Part shown: piece after piece, positions 23,415 to 35,589 of the stretch
How positions within the stretch are numbered: position 1 is the first letter of the stretch
Layout of the letters: every line of letters begins with the position of its first letter
Source of the DNA: Camelus ferus
Taxonomy: Eukaryota
Reading direction: 5' to 3'
Length of the DNA stretch: 64,000 bases
Assembly: GCF_009834535.1 (NCBI RefSeq)
Contig: NC_045698.1
Location: forward strand, 1,614,001-1,678,000
Program-made: the position numbers and the translations under genes
The notes under the pieces: generated by a model
Told to the model about the DNA's origin: nothing
Seen by the model: only the letters and a program-made list of their open reading frames with translations
The model's database searches: none

Positions 23415-24689
23415 CACTCACAGAGCTAGACACGTCACAGGGTGGGGCTGGTGCCTTTTGTTCCTGGAGACCAGGAAATTCCAAAGCGAGAAAGGTGGGA
23501 AGGAGGCTCAGACTCCTCCCTCTGAGCTCCAGGGTCAGACATCCCTCAGCACGTGGGAAGCAGAAACCCGGAGGAGGCGGGAAGGTGTGCCTGCAGCCCC
23601 AGGAGGCCGACAGCCCGCAAGTGGCGGCAGCCTTCTGCCGCAGCACCTCCAAACACAAAGTGACGACCAGGGCCGTCCAGAGACGTTGAGCATATTCTGA
23701 TGGAGGAGGCCGGGGCTAGTTTGTAATACAGAGATGTCTTTATTTAAAGAATAAAGCTTGGGAGAGAGGCAGAGCCTGAGATGGAGGAGGGACACGCTCC
23801 TGGGGGTGCTGTGGAGGGGAGGGCGGGCAGGGGAGAGGCTGGGCCTCCCAGAGGCGGAGCCCGGGCCCCTCAGCCCCACCCCACGGGGGCACAGAAGGCG
23901 GTGGAGCACAGAAGACCTTGCTGCGGCTGACACGCACCCCCCCCACACACGGTCAAGGCTCCGATCAGGACGGTTCAGGCCCGTGGTGTGATCAGGAGGA
24001 AGGGCCTGAACGCGGCTTTCAGTACGTGGCCCTAAAACTTAAACCTCATTGCAAATTGGCACGACTTGATATTTTAGCGTGTATCTCCTCCACGGGAAGC
24101 CCAGGTGTCTGTGCACTTCCCCCTCCGAAAACGCTCTACCGCTCAGCCCCTCTCTGCAGCAAGACGAGCCTGGGCGCAAGGGCGAGAGGGCGGGGTGAGC
24201 AGAGCATCAGCTTAATTAGCGTGATTGGTGGTTCCCGATTAAGGAGAAGTTAACGTTGTTAACAAAGTGGCCAATTATCTGAAAATGTAGTGCGACCGTC
24301 CTGTGTTTCTGTGCTAACGAGATCACGCTCAGTCACAAAACGAACAAATGTAAATATGGATTCTGGTTCACTCAGAAGCTTTTCTTCTAAAAATTAAGTT
24401 ATAAAGTGTTCGTGTTCTTTCAACAGGAACAGTTGGCAAAAGAGAAATCTGGAGTGAAAAAAGGACGGCACTAGTGAGCTTATCCATATTTTTCCTTAAG
24501 AGACATGATAGGCAGATGGGTACATTACTCAGGAAACATCTATATATACATATGCATATATACACACACATATCAAATACAGTATCATATAGCTAGTATA
24601 TAACATGGACCTGTTATAAAATAACATAATAGATAATACAATAGACACGTGTACAATAGATCTATTATATTATAATTACATAATCACAT

Positions 24690-25600
24690 AATTTAGAAAG
24701 TCGTAAAAAGCACAGGAGGAAGGAGATGTCTCCTGCAGTCCCACACTCCAGACTAAACAACTTTGAGCTGTTTGGTGTATATAATTTCAGCCTTATTTCT
24801 ATAAATACTTTTGTTAGCAATAGGGAACACACTGCATGTACTGTTTTTAAACTACCTTTTTTTTAACTTGTAGGATTTCTTTGTAGTATTAAACATGCTT
24901 CTGAAACACTGTCTTGAATATCTATGAAACAGACCTATGCTGTCTGTGCTGTATAATGTGTGTGATACTTACACTATCTGTGATACGTAAGACACCGGTA
25001 TCTGTGTCTGTAACATACGACATGTAACAGCTGTATGACGTCTATGAAATGCACATATATGCAGTGTCTCCAAATGTATTTAATAAACACTCTACGGCTG
25101 AGCATAATCATTTATGATAAACACAAAAGTTAAGATGCTTTAATTTTACTCAGATAACTTTGTTTTCATCTTTAATTTTAGATCAAATTCCTAGACATAG
25201 AACTGCTCAATCCTAATATGGGTTCTTTAAAAAGATATTTTCTAGAAAATACTACCAATTTCTGCTTCCGTCAGCTCTCTGAAGATAATAGAAATGGACA
25301 TAGCTTTCTTAGACACTGTCCCTGTTTTGAGAGTTGCTATTCAATTGTCAGTCTTTCCAACACTTCAATTTCTTGTTCATGTGCCAGTTTGAAAGCAAAT
25401 GTTGACCAAGTATTTCTATGTTCACGACTCACGTGCGTCTTTTGCTGGCTTTGCGCTGGTTTTCTACAACTGTTCTCGTTTGTTTGTGAAAGCTTCCCAC
25501 GTAGCAGGCTATTGGCCACAAACAAGTTACGTGTGTTTCAAACACCTTTCCCAGTTGGCTGCACTTCCTTTCGCTTTTGCTACGGTAGTTTTAGATGCGC
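24690..25600 (-). mobile_element. Ancient L1ME-like 3' region
   Basis: AT-rich; antisense L1ME 3'UTR-like segments (cccacactccagactaaacaactttgagctgtttggtgtatata; tagatcaaattcctagacatagaactgctcaatc). Confidence 0.5.
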
Positions 25601-25619
25601 AGAGACACGTATTTTAGAA

Positions 25620-28555
25620 CAAGCTAAGAAAATGAAAGAAACGGTAGAATGTATGAAGGAACAGAATGAACCAGGATAATAAAATCTTGGAAAGCAGGTG
25701 CGAGAACTCAATAAAGACTAAGAGCAAAGAGAGAACCATTTTTGAAAAGAAAGCGAGACTGGAAGCAGCACGAGCGCCGATTAGCGGAGAGCGGCGCCGA
25801 GCGGAAGGAGGGCAACGGGGAGAAGACTGACACACGCAGCCTGAGAGCGCGGGCGAGGGGACCTGCGGGCGGCGGCGGCCGGGGAGGGCCAAGGGAAACC
25901 CAAGGTAGTTACAAAAGGAGCCCAGGAAGAAGGGAAAGAAAGTACGGTGACAGAACAAACACTAAATCCTGTAATCCTTGAAAACTTTCTTGAAATTAAA
26001 AAGGAGAAATCTCTCAGCTACATATTTAAAGGGGGTGCTCGGTGGGAAAAGCAAAAATCAAGTCGTGATGATCGACAGTGAAACATTTTAATGTAAAAAC
26101 TGCTGGGCTGTAAAGAAACAAGTGGTCAAATAAAAATTCTTCAGAAATACAAGTAGATAATTCAGTTACTTATAAAGAAAAGAAAACCAGAGTGTTGTGA
26201 GAAGTTTTGACAGCAGGGCTTTATACCAGAAGATACTAGAGAATGTTTTAAAAATTCAGAGAGAAAACGTGAGGCCAGGACCAGCACTGAGAGCAGCTGA
26301 TGCTCAAATACAAGCGCATTTTAAACGGTTCCCAACATGCGAGAGTCCAGGGTGCGACGTGCTCTTCAGCACCAGGGACTCCCTCAAAACTCAGTCCCAG
26401 GAGGCCGGCGTTGTGGAAGACGTCCTCCCTCGGGGCGACTGGTGAGCATTCAAGGCGCATCTAACTGCAGAGCAAAGAACAACGATGGCAGTGGCCTGGG
26501 CTGTGACAGGTAATGGCCTTATGCTCTGAAATGTAGACAAATTACTACCACAGAACTGAGGTGAGTGGAAGAGATCATATGGAAAACAGAACAAGCTCGC
26601 TGTTGTCTTAAGTATATTAATGGGGGAAAAAAAGGCTGTTACTTCCTGTCAGTTGCTAGAAAGATTGAAAGCAGAGAAGGGGGAGGCAGAGTTTATAATT
26701 AATTCAATTATTATTTCCCACAGGATACACAAAAACAAAAGGAGGAATGACAGTTACTATATCAAAGAATGGCATAAAATTGGTACAAAGGTAAGCAGAA
26801 CACAATATAAACCAAGTATAAATTCAAAAAATATACTACAAAGCAAGAGAAAGATAAAGCAAACGTGTGAACCATTTAACGAATAGGTGTGTCTGTGGCA
26901 ATATGACAGAGCATCTTACCTAACAATATAACAGAACTGAGCCCAAATGTATTGATTATATCTGTATCATCAGCTTAATTAACCTATTAAAAGAAAAAAG
27001 AAAATTTGTCAAATAAACTAAGCTAAATCCAAAACTATGTTTTATAGTAAAGATACGCCCAAATCAAAGGCCCAGAAAGACTAGAAAGAACGTGATGGAC
27101 AAAGATGCGTCAGACAACACGCACACGAAAAGAAAGCAGCAGATACAATTTTTCCCCTGACCCAAAGGCATTAAAGAAAAAAAGACGTCACTTCAAGCTA
27201 GGATAGACAAGCCGCCAGGAAGCGACCACAGCAATTAGTATTAGTGAGCTCAGTAAGAGCTCTTACAAAGCAAACCCTAGGGAAGATGCAAAGAGAAAAC
27301 GAAACACACTAAAACAGTAAGAACTGCTGTGTTTTTATTCATCTAGAAGACACGACGTGGATAAAATATGTATAATAATATAAAAAGTTTAAGTAATAGG
27401 CTCCACAGGAAAACGTAATAAATACATATTGAGCGCCAGCCTCCGGTAACGGAGAAGGAGCTTTCCCTACACGACAGCGTGCGTCATTTATAAATGACGT
27501 CTGAGTCCACAAAGAAAAGCCCAGTACGCAGGAGGAGATGCAGTCGGAATTCTCTGATTGTGACACAGTAAAAATAGCATGAAATCCTTTAAAATGAAAG
27601 AAAGAGAGGGGAGGGTGTAGCTCGAGCGGTGGAGCACACGCTCGGCATGCACGAGGTCTTGGGCTCAATCCTCCTCTAAAAAATAAATAAATAAGCCTAA
27701 TTACCCCCCCCAAAAAATAAAAAAAACCAGACACTTCTAGTTTTGCATTTTTACAAAAACTACCACTGAACAAATTATGAATCAAAAGAAAATTTTAAAA
27801 TATAAAATCTTTTGAAAACACAGCATACTACGGTCTATGGGGTACAGCTAAACTAGCCATGAGATAAAAGAGGAAAACGTTAAATAATGACGTCAGTGAA
27901 CATTAAAAAGTAAGAATGGCTCAGTGAAGGGCCCAACTGAAGAAGCAAGAGAAAGAAAATCAAAGTAATTTAAAGGAAGGCGGTGGCACAGGACGAGCAG
28001 GAAGGCAGAGACAGCCGGGGCAGTGAGTTCAAATAAGCAGGACACTTACACCTAAAAACCGACTTTTTTTTTTTTAAATCAACAAATTACCTAACTTACT
28101 GAAGAAAAAGTGAGGGTTTGGGGAAAGCCCTAACACAATTTAACAAAATCGGAAGTTACATGGAAGAAGTGGCATCCAAAATAACAGCTTGAAAAAATGG
28201 ACAAGGAAGCACTTTGCAAAAATTTACAAAATATTGTAAACATGCAATAATTGGTGTAAAAGTACCACTTCCTGATATTGATTCCGACAGAGACGCAAAG
28301 CCTAGCAGGACAATAACTGGAAAAGCAAAGCTGCCAAGGGCACCTTCAACACACAGAGGGCCACGTGCGCCTGGTTTCTCAGAAGGCACTTACCAAACTT
28401 TTGAGGGTTAAACAGCCAATGATTTCAGAGCGTAGGAAAGGAAGAGACGCTTGCAGTTTTATTTTATGAAGAATAAAGCCTGACAGAGATTTAATTAACC
28501 AAACAAAAGAAGAAAATTACTGAACAATCTAATTTATGAATATCAATGCTGAAAA
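25620..28555 (+). mobile_element. Ancient L1M, ORF1 through the ORF2 endonuclease up to the start of RT, decayed
   Basis: A-rich sense strand; ORF1-like gaaaactttcttgaaattaaaaa; endonuclease-like 26930-27150; ends at atgaatatcaatgctgaaaat (RT MNIDAKI-like). Confidence 0.7.
27608..27726 (+). mobile_element. Camelid tRNA-derived SINE (Vic-1 type)
   Basis: ggggagggtgtagctcgagcggtggagcac...gcatgcacgaggtcttgggctcaatcc followed by an aaataaataaataagcctaattacccccccc tail; A-box and B-box-like head. Confidence 0.85.
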
Positions 28556-30605
28556 TATGTAAAAGAGAGTCAACTGCTTTCCTCCATTTCAGCAACAAAC
28601 AGTGGAATCTGAAGTTAAAAGCACAAGGCCACTGAGTCCGTCCCCCTTAGAACGACACAGGCATGAACCTGACCCGGCCAGGGGCAGGTGTGAACCTAAC
28701 AAAGTACGTGCCATGTCTATAGGAGAAAAAGCACAAAATTTTGGTAAATTAAATAAAAAACATTAATGACGAAGAGATATTCCGTGTTTGTGGACAGAGA
28801 GACTCAATATTGTCAGGTGTCTGTTCTCAAACTGAGCTATAGAGTCAATGCAATCTCAATCAATAGCCAAGCAGATGATCTTATGGACGCTAACAAAGTG
28901 ATTGTAAAGTGTGTGCAGAGAGGTGAAACTCCCAGAGTGGCCGATGAACTAGCAAAGAAGAACAGCGTTGGAAGACTGACATTACATGACTTCAAGACTT
29001 ACCGTAAAGCTACAGTAGGCAAAAACATGTTATTGGTGGAAAAGTAGACAAATTTATCGGTGGTACAGAACTGGTAACCCAGAAACGAAGTCCTATAGAG
29101 TCCACTGGTCTTTGACAAAGAAGCAGAAGCGATGTAACGAAGCCAAGACAGCGCTCTTAACAAACGGTGCTGGAACAGCTGGGCTCCATGTTACAAAAAC
29201 AAAATCTAGACACAATCTTACACTCGTCACAAAAAGTTAACTCAAAATGGACCACAGACCTAAATGGGATATTCAAAACCACAAATTAGGGGGGGCACGG
29301 CACAGAGAAGACACAGGAGAAAACCTAGACGCCCCTGAGTGTGCCAGTGATTTTCATGATCCGTGAAGAAAGGAACTGATAAGCTGGCCTTCATTGAAAC
29401 AAACCTTCTTCTCTGCGAAGACTGTCAAGAAGAGGAGGAGACAAGCCAGAGACTGGGAGGCAATGGTTGCCGAAGACACTCCTGGTAAAGGACTGTTAGA
29501 CAACATACACAAACCACCCATTAAACTCAACAGTAAGGAAACAAAAAACTGGATTGAAAAATGGACAAAAGTCCTTAACAGACACCTCGCCAAAGAAGAT
29601 ACACAAATGGAAAATAAGCATATGAAAAGATGTGCCACTTCATACGTCGTCAGAAGATGCAAATTAAAGTAACAGTGAGACACACCTACACACCGGTCAG
29701 AATGGCCGAGACCCGGGACACTGGCCACGCCAAGCGCTGGGGAGGGTGTGGAGCAGCTGTCATTCACTTCCCAGGGGCAGAGGATGCAAAACGGTGCAGG
29801 CACTTTGGAGTGTGGCAATTTCTTACAAAGCTAAACATACTCTTACCACATGACCCAGCAGTCTCGTTGCCTGGCACTTGCCCAAAGGAGCTGCAAACTT
29901 GTACACACGTGAAATTTTGCACACAGATGTTTATAGGGACTTATTCATGGTTGACAAAACTTGGAAACAATCAAGATGCCCCTCAGTCAGTGAGTGGGTA
30001 ACTAAACCACTGTATATCCAGATAAAAAAAGAGTTTTCAGTGCTAAAAAGAAGTAAACTACAGAGCTGTGATGCCGTGCGCCGGAAGTCGACACAACATC
30101 GTAAACTGACTATACTTCAATACAAATATTAAGAAAAACTGTAGAGCCATGAAAGACACAGAGGAACCTCAGATGCGTACTTCAAAGTGAAAGACGCTAA
30201 CCTAAAAAGGCTACATCCAGTGTGATTCTAACTGTATGATATTCTGGAGGACATGGAAGATTCTGAAAATCTATGGAGACGTGGTAAAAAGACAGCGGTT
30301 GCCAGGCGAGCAGAGGGAAGTAAATAAGCAGAACACAGACTATTTTAGGGCAGTGAAGCTGTGCCGCACGACACTGCAGTGGTGGACACGTGTCATTATG
30401 CCTTTATCCAAACCCACAGCATGTGCAACACCGAGAGTGGCTCTGATGTCATCTGTGCGCTTCGGGTGTTCGTCAGTCGCAACAAACGCGCCACCACGGG
30501 GTGGAGCTGATACGGGGGCAGGAGATGTATGGGGAGTCGCTGCATCGTTGTCTCAACTTTGCTGTAAACCTAAAGCTTCTCTAAAATATTAAGTAAAAAA
30601 AAAAA
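28556..30605 (+). mobile_element. L1MC1-like 3' 2 kb (ORF2 C-terminal half, 3'UTR, A tail)
   Basis: Translated pieces YRVNAISI, LTLHDFKTYRKATV, EKWTKVLNRHLAKEDTQMENKHMKRC; 3'UTR gtggacacgtgtcattatgcctttatccaaacccacagcatgtgcaacacc and tttgctgtaaacctaaagcttctctaaaa, then polyA. Confidence 0.88.
30067..30130 (+). mobile_element. Extremely 5'-truncated camelid-type L1 3' tail inserted in L1MC1
   Basis: gacacaacatcgtaaactgactatacttcaata is homologous to 51921-51953 and 55697-55711; flanked by the imperfect repeat aaactacagagc / aaactgtagagc. Confidence 0.7.
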
Positions 30606-30850
30606 CTCATAAAAAAGATATTTAGCAAAGTGTAAAGACATGCTGAGCAAGACATCATGGCCAATCTGGGAAATTCCAAACGTACAAGTGAGGTTCAACT
30701 TGAGGAAAGTCTTCACACAGAGATAAGGAGAGAACTCACGTGATTATCTTCGGAGATACAGAAAAGGAAATGCAGAGATTCATCCCAATTCACATTAAAA
30801 TGACCCAAAATAGAAACTGATGGGTAATTCCTGAACATCACAAAACTTTT
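30606..30850 (+). mobile_element. Continuation of the ancient L1M RT domain after the L1MC1 insertion
   Basis: aaagatatttagcaaag...gtgaggttcaacttgaggaaagtc...cacgtgattatcttcggagatacagaaaagg follows the RT motifs KILAN, WFNIRKS and HMIISIDAEK. Confidence 0.7.
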
Positions 30851-31089
30851 TCTATGAAAGTCATGTGTAAAACATAAAGCCCACTGTCTCTACTACTATT
30901 TCATGCTGTGCGGTTAAAAAAAAAAGACAGCCAAAAGCTCTGTATGTGCTTTGTCTGAGGGTTTGGCTGCTCGAGTAACTGTGCACACACAGTGTGCGCC
31001 AAGCATCCCGACCAAGGAATCACGTTGACTCTTGAGTTGCTGTCCTTCCCAGCGGAGGTGCAATTTGCATTTTGAGTTCTCCCAAGCTA

Positions 31090-32130
31090 ACTGCATGCTT
31101 CAAAAAGTAAAGCAAACGTCTTCCAGGGCACATAACACACTCTAGAATGTCTACAGTATATTCTTCAAAATATCCAGAATTAAGGAACAGGAAGATATGA
31201 CTTGTTCTTTAGAGGAAAGGCAGTCAGTGAGGAGCAGTTCCCCTCACCCAGAGGTCACACTTAGACTTGGATTTCAAAGCAGCTGTTACACTGCTCAAGG
31301 ATGTAAAGGAAAGTATGTTTATAGTTAATACAAAAATAGTGGATATCAGCAGAGATACATAAACTAAAACAGAACTGAAAAATAAAAATTGGAAAGCTGA
31401 AAATGACAGTATCAGAATTTTGTTTTAAAAAATCACTAAATGAGCTTAACAGTAGGAAGAGGATGACAGAAAACCCACTAAATTTGTTTTTAAAAACAAT
31501 AAAAATTAACAAATCTGAAGAACAGAAAGAAAAAAGATTGAAAAGATGCTAAGAGTGTGCCTTATAAAAAGGGCTGATATGCATGCGGTCAGAGTCCAAA
31601 AGGAGGAGGAACAGAGGCTCAGGAAGAAACAAAGATACAATGACCAGAATTTTTCCAAATTTGACGAAACAAATAAATTTACAGATTCATGAAACTCAGT
31701 GGACCCCAGCAACAAAAGTACGAAGAAAAGCATACGTAGCTGTGTTACAGACAAACTGATGGAAACCAGCAGCCTGATAAAGTGGCACGTTGCAGGTGAA
31801 GGACCAGTGGGTTAAATTCCACTTTAAAAAAACGACTTCGAATTCAAAAAAGTGGAGGCCTGACGATGGCGGAGTAACACCTGTAAAAACCCGGACGTTT
31901 AACTGTATAGGTTAACCCAGACTTCTGCTTCCAGTGAAAAACGTCCAAGAAGAAGGCGGTATAAAGCCATTCCCCAGATAAAAGAAAATGAATAACTCGC
32001 GTTGTCAGCCATCCTTCACTGCAAGAAATGCTAAATAACGTGCTTCGAACAGAAGGAAAGTGACACAAGGCGGAAATCAGCTCTTAAAGGAAAAATAAAA
32101 GGAACCGAAAATGTCGAGAGAGAGAAAAAG
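31090..32130 (+). mobile_element. Ancient L1M 5'/ORF1 fragment
   Basis: ggatttcaaagcagctgtta...aaaaatcactaaatgagcttaacagtagg...aataaatttacagattcatgaaactcagtggacccc resembles L1MD/L1ME ORF1. Confidence 0.65.
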
Positions 32131-32591
32131 GAGAGGGAAAAGCTTGAACCGTCTGGAGGCAGTTTCTTTTCCAGGACCCAATGGCTCTTGCTGCTGTATC
32201 CCCCGTTTCTTCTCCTTTCTTCGTGGGGGACAGTCATCTCCTTGTCCCTGTCACCTGCCTTTGGTTTGCTGAGTTTCTTGGGGAAGCCTGCCCAGCGTCC
32301 GGTACTGGCGCTGGCCCGTCCTGCCCCCGTGCCTTTTAAACCATCCTCGGGTGACCGATCAGATTCCTTTCACCCTCACGTCTCATCACCGGTCTCTTAG
32401 TTCATAGTCTGTGTCTTCTCCGCATTCAGTGGGAGCACGAAAGAATTCTGAAAGCACGTGACCAGGACTCCTTTAGCGAATCATGTACGTATGTTCTTTG
32501 CTTGTCTCACATAAGAGGGTGCTTCTGTAGGTCCTGCACTGATTTCCTGACTCTTCCTGCATGCATGGAAGCGTATCTTGGTATGCATGAT

Positions 32592-32644
32592 TGCAGCTGG
32601 TCCTCTGCATTGGTCCCCTGCACTGGTCCCCTGCACTGGTCCCC
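32592..32644. repeat. 13-bp tandem repeat (TGCACTGGTCCCC), about 4 copies
   Basis: Two exact and two variant units read directly. Confidence 0.85.
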
Positions 32645-33615
32645 GGGATGCTGCTAGAATGACCTTCATCCTCGTCTGGAGAGCTGGGGGCAGTCATCCC
32701 AGACGCCCTGCCTGGTGCTGCTGTGACGTGGGGAAGGAGTGTGGAGAACTAAGTAGAACTAGCTGCATTTGCCGTCCTAGGTTCTTCCTTCTGTGCGCTC
32801 TGAAACCGCTGTTCCAGGGTTTAGTCTCCTGCATGGCGAATCCTCTATGCCAAATTTCCAGTGTAGCGAAACCCACTGAGGTGTGGCTTTGCTCCCGTGT
32901 GTTTGAGAGCGACCCCACCGGGTCAGGAAAGAGCCCCTCAGGCTGACAGGACCTCAACTTCTCAGGGGCAACGTTCAGCCTGGAGCAGCCCAGTGGCAGG
33001 GAGATTTCTGCTTGGACACCTCTCCTTCCCTCGGACCTTCCGGCACAGCAAGGCGAGCTCTGAGTGCTGCTGGTCTGTCCCCAGGAGAAGCGGTGGGGTC
33101 CAGCGAGGGGCTCCTGCTTTCCTTCTAGTTCTAGCACACTCATTTCAGAGCGTTCGGAGAGCTCTGCCAAGAGGCAGGAGTGTGTTCTGAGAAGGACATG
33201 TTAGTCCTGATGACTTCCTTTAATCTAGCCCCATCTGCACTTTATATATGAGAAATTCATTAAACTTTCTGGCATTCTGATGATACCCTTTCCTGGATTC
33301 CTGCATCACATCTATTTTTAGCCTCCTTTGATTATCACTGTTGGTTTTGAGAGAGGAATGGTGGACATCTGGGCTTACATTGCCATTTCTAAAAAAAGTG
33401 ACTGTTCAGCTCTTTAAAAAGACTTCTTTCCTACACATCAAACACGGAAATTTATGAACCTAATGCCAAACCAATTTTCTTGCTCTGTGTAAATCTGTAT
33501 TGTGTTTCAAACCTATTAACGGGAATGTATAAATATTACCAAACAGCTTCCCTTGAGTACTTACAGCCATAACCTGGTGCATGAATAATTCATTTTAAAA
33601 CATACACACATTTTC

Positions 33616-34270
33616 TAAAAAACTAAAAGTAGAGTTACCGTATCATCCAGCAACCCCACTCCTGGGCATATATCTGGAGAAAACTCTAATTTGAAAAGAT
33701 ACACGCACCCCAGTGTTCACAGTAGCACTATTTACAACAGCCAAGACATGGAAGCAACATGAGTGTCCATTGACAGATGGCTGGACGAAGAAGCTGTGGT
33801 GTATTTATACAATGGAATACTACTCAGCCATAAAACAGAATACAGTCATGCCATTCACGGCAACATGGATGGATCTACAGATTATCATACTAAGTGAAGT
33901 AAGTCAGACAGAGAAGGACAAATATTATGATATCACTTGTATGTGGAACCTAAAAAAATGATAATAATTTATTTACAAACCAAAAATAAGCTCACGGACA
34001 TAGGAAACAAACTTTTGTTACCAAAGGGGAAAGGGTGGGGAGGGCTAAATTAGGAGTTTGGGATTAACAGATACACATTACTGCATATAAAATAGATAAG
34101 CAGCAAGGACCTATTGTATAGTGTGGGGAACTATATTCAATTTCTTGCAGTAACATATAATGGAAAAGAATCTGAATACATATGTATTTACATGCAGAGC
34201 TGAGTCGCTTGGCTTTATACCTGAAACTAATATTGTATATCGACTCTATTTCAGTGAAAAACAAAATTTT
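33616..34270 (+). mobile_element. 5'-truncated artiodactyl-type L1 with target-site duplication
   Basis: ORF2 C-terminus MFTVALFTTAKTWKQ...YTMEYYSAIK...LSEVSQTEKDKY; TSD aaaacatacacacattttc (33597-33615) vs aaaaaatacgcacattttc (34271-34289), 17 of 19 identical, at a TT/AAAA site. Confidence 0.95.
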
Positions 34271-34857
34271 AAAAAATACGCACATTTTCATACTTTGCTG
34301 GACAACGGATTTGTCTTACTGAGTAACCACTGACCCCACGTACCGACTTCATGGCCCCACACTTACTGGGCTATCAAGACTGACCATCGTGCTGGTGGGC
34401 AGGGACTGGTACCATTAAAAATATCCCAAAGAAGTGATTCTTCTGCACCAACAGAGGGTAGCCCTCCAGTTAGGTGACTTGTCCCCCGCTCTCTGTGCCA
34501 CGGTCCCCCTCCCCAGGAAGAGAGCTGGGAAATCCTTTTGGCCTGGTAACAATCCCATCTGACCTCGCAACCTGGCTTGGGCATCTGCCTCTACCTTCCA
34601 GGGTCCCTCATCCAGCACCTCCCTCCTGTGCCTTCTCTACCCTCTCCCGGCGGGAATGCCTCAGGCCACTTTGCCCTCGTGGGAGGCCAGCGCTAACCGT
34701 CACTCGAATAAACAGTGCTTCCCTGACCTGCTGAGCCTGCCCTCTGTGTGGGCCAACGAGGCCGATTTCCACGCGTTCTGGTTTCAGCCCCTCCCTTACA
34801 AGCAGATGCATTCATTAGGATTATCGTGCGTTCATTTCTTTGTTTCCCTAAGAGGGG

Positions 34858-34867
34858 ACACACACAC

Positions 34868-34900
<33 letters not shown>
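34858..34900. repeat. (CA)n microsatellite
   Basis: Read directly; one interruption. Confidence 0.95.
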
Positions 34901-34901
<1 letters not shown>

Positions 34902-35589
34902 CCTTCTACATCACAGAGATAAGCTAGGAGTTCGTGAAATGAATAATAGTTCTTAGAAACACTTACTTATTGAAAAAATATTACATCTTAAAAGGCTTTG
35001 CTTCTGTACTTTAGAATCCCAGTCTGTTAGACACTTTGGGAATTACTAGGCAATTACAGCAAGAGGTGTGTCTTGTGTCCAGCCTCAGAAGACATCTGCT
35101 GACTGCAGTTGACGTTGCATTCGCATCTCATCACTAGAACAGTCTAGTTCTAAGTTGCTGGGAGAAGGCCAGGTCAGGGCTGGACATCCCTTACTTTTTC
35201 AGACCGTCTTGTGCCTCTCTGGATTGGGGACATCTGGAGGAGCTGGAATCATCACATTGCACACCAAAAGGATCATCTCTAAACTCACAGGGTGCATAAA
35301 ACAGGAAAGCACGTCACATAAGCACATGCGTGTTAAGAAGAAACTTGATTCCAGAACCGATGACAGCAGAATCTTTAATACCTATTTATCCAGTTACCCT
35401 AGAATCTTCAGTGCCACGTATGCTCTTTAGATTTTGTTGCCCGTTTGTCTATGCCCACAAAGCTGTTCTGTTGATTATTTTCCTGGAACCAACAACCTTC
35501 TTGCTAACAGGCTGGATTTATAAATCTTCTGTGGTTTAAACATGTGCCCACAGTTCCAGCAGGAGCTGTGGGTGCCCTGGGGCTTGTCA

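Noticed and set aside
23690..24000. Possible second LTR fragment (tgtaatacagagatgtctttatttaaagaataaagc...)
   Set aside because: No clear termini, TSD or family match could be established by eye.
27608..27680. tRNA genes at 27608, 54300 and 55408
   Set aside because: The tRNA-like heads run into SINE tails and are mutually diverged; these are SINE copies, not tRNA genes.
32130..33400. Possible antisense HAL1/L1M 5' remnant
   Set aside because: Only the last 100 bp or so resemble the recalled consensus; too weak to call.
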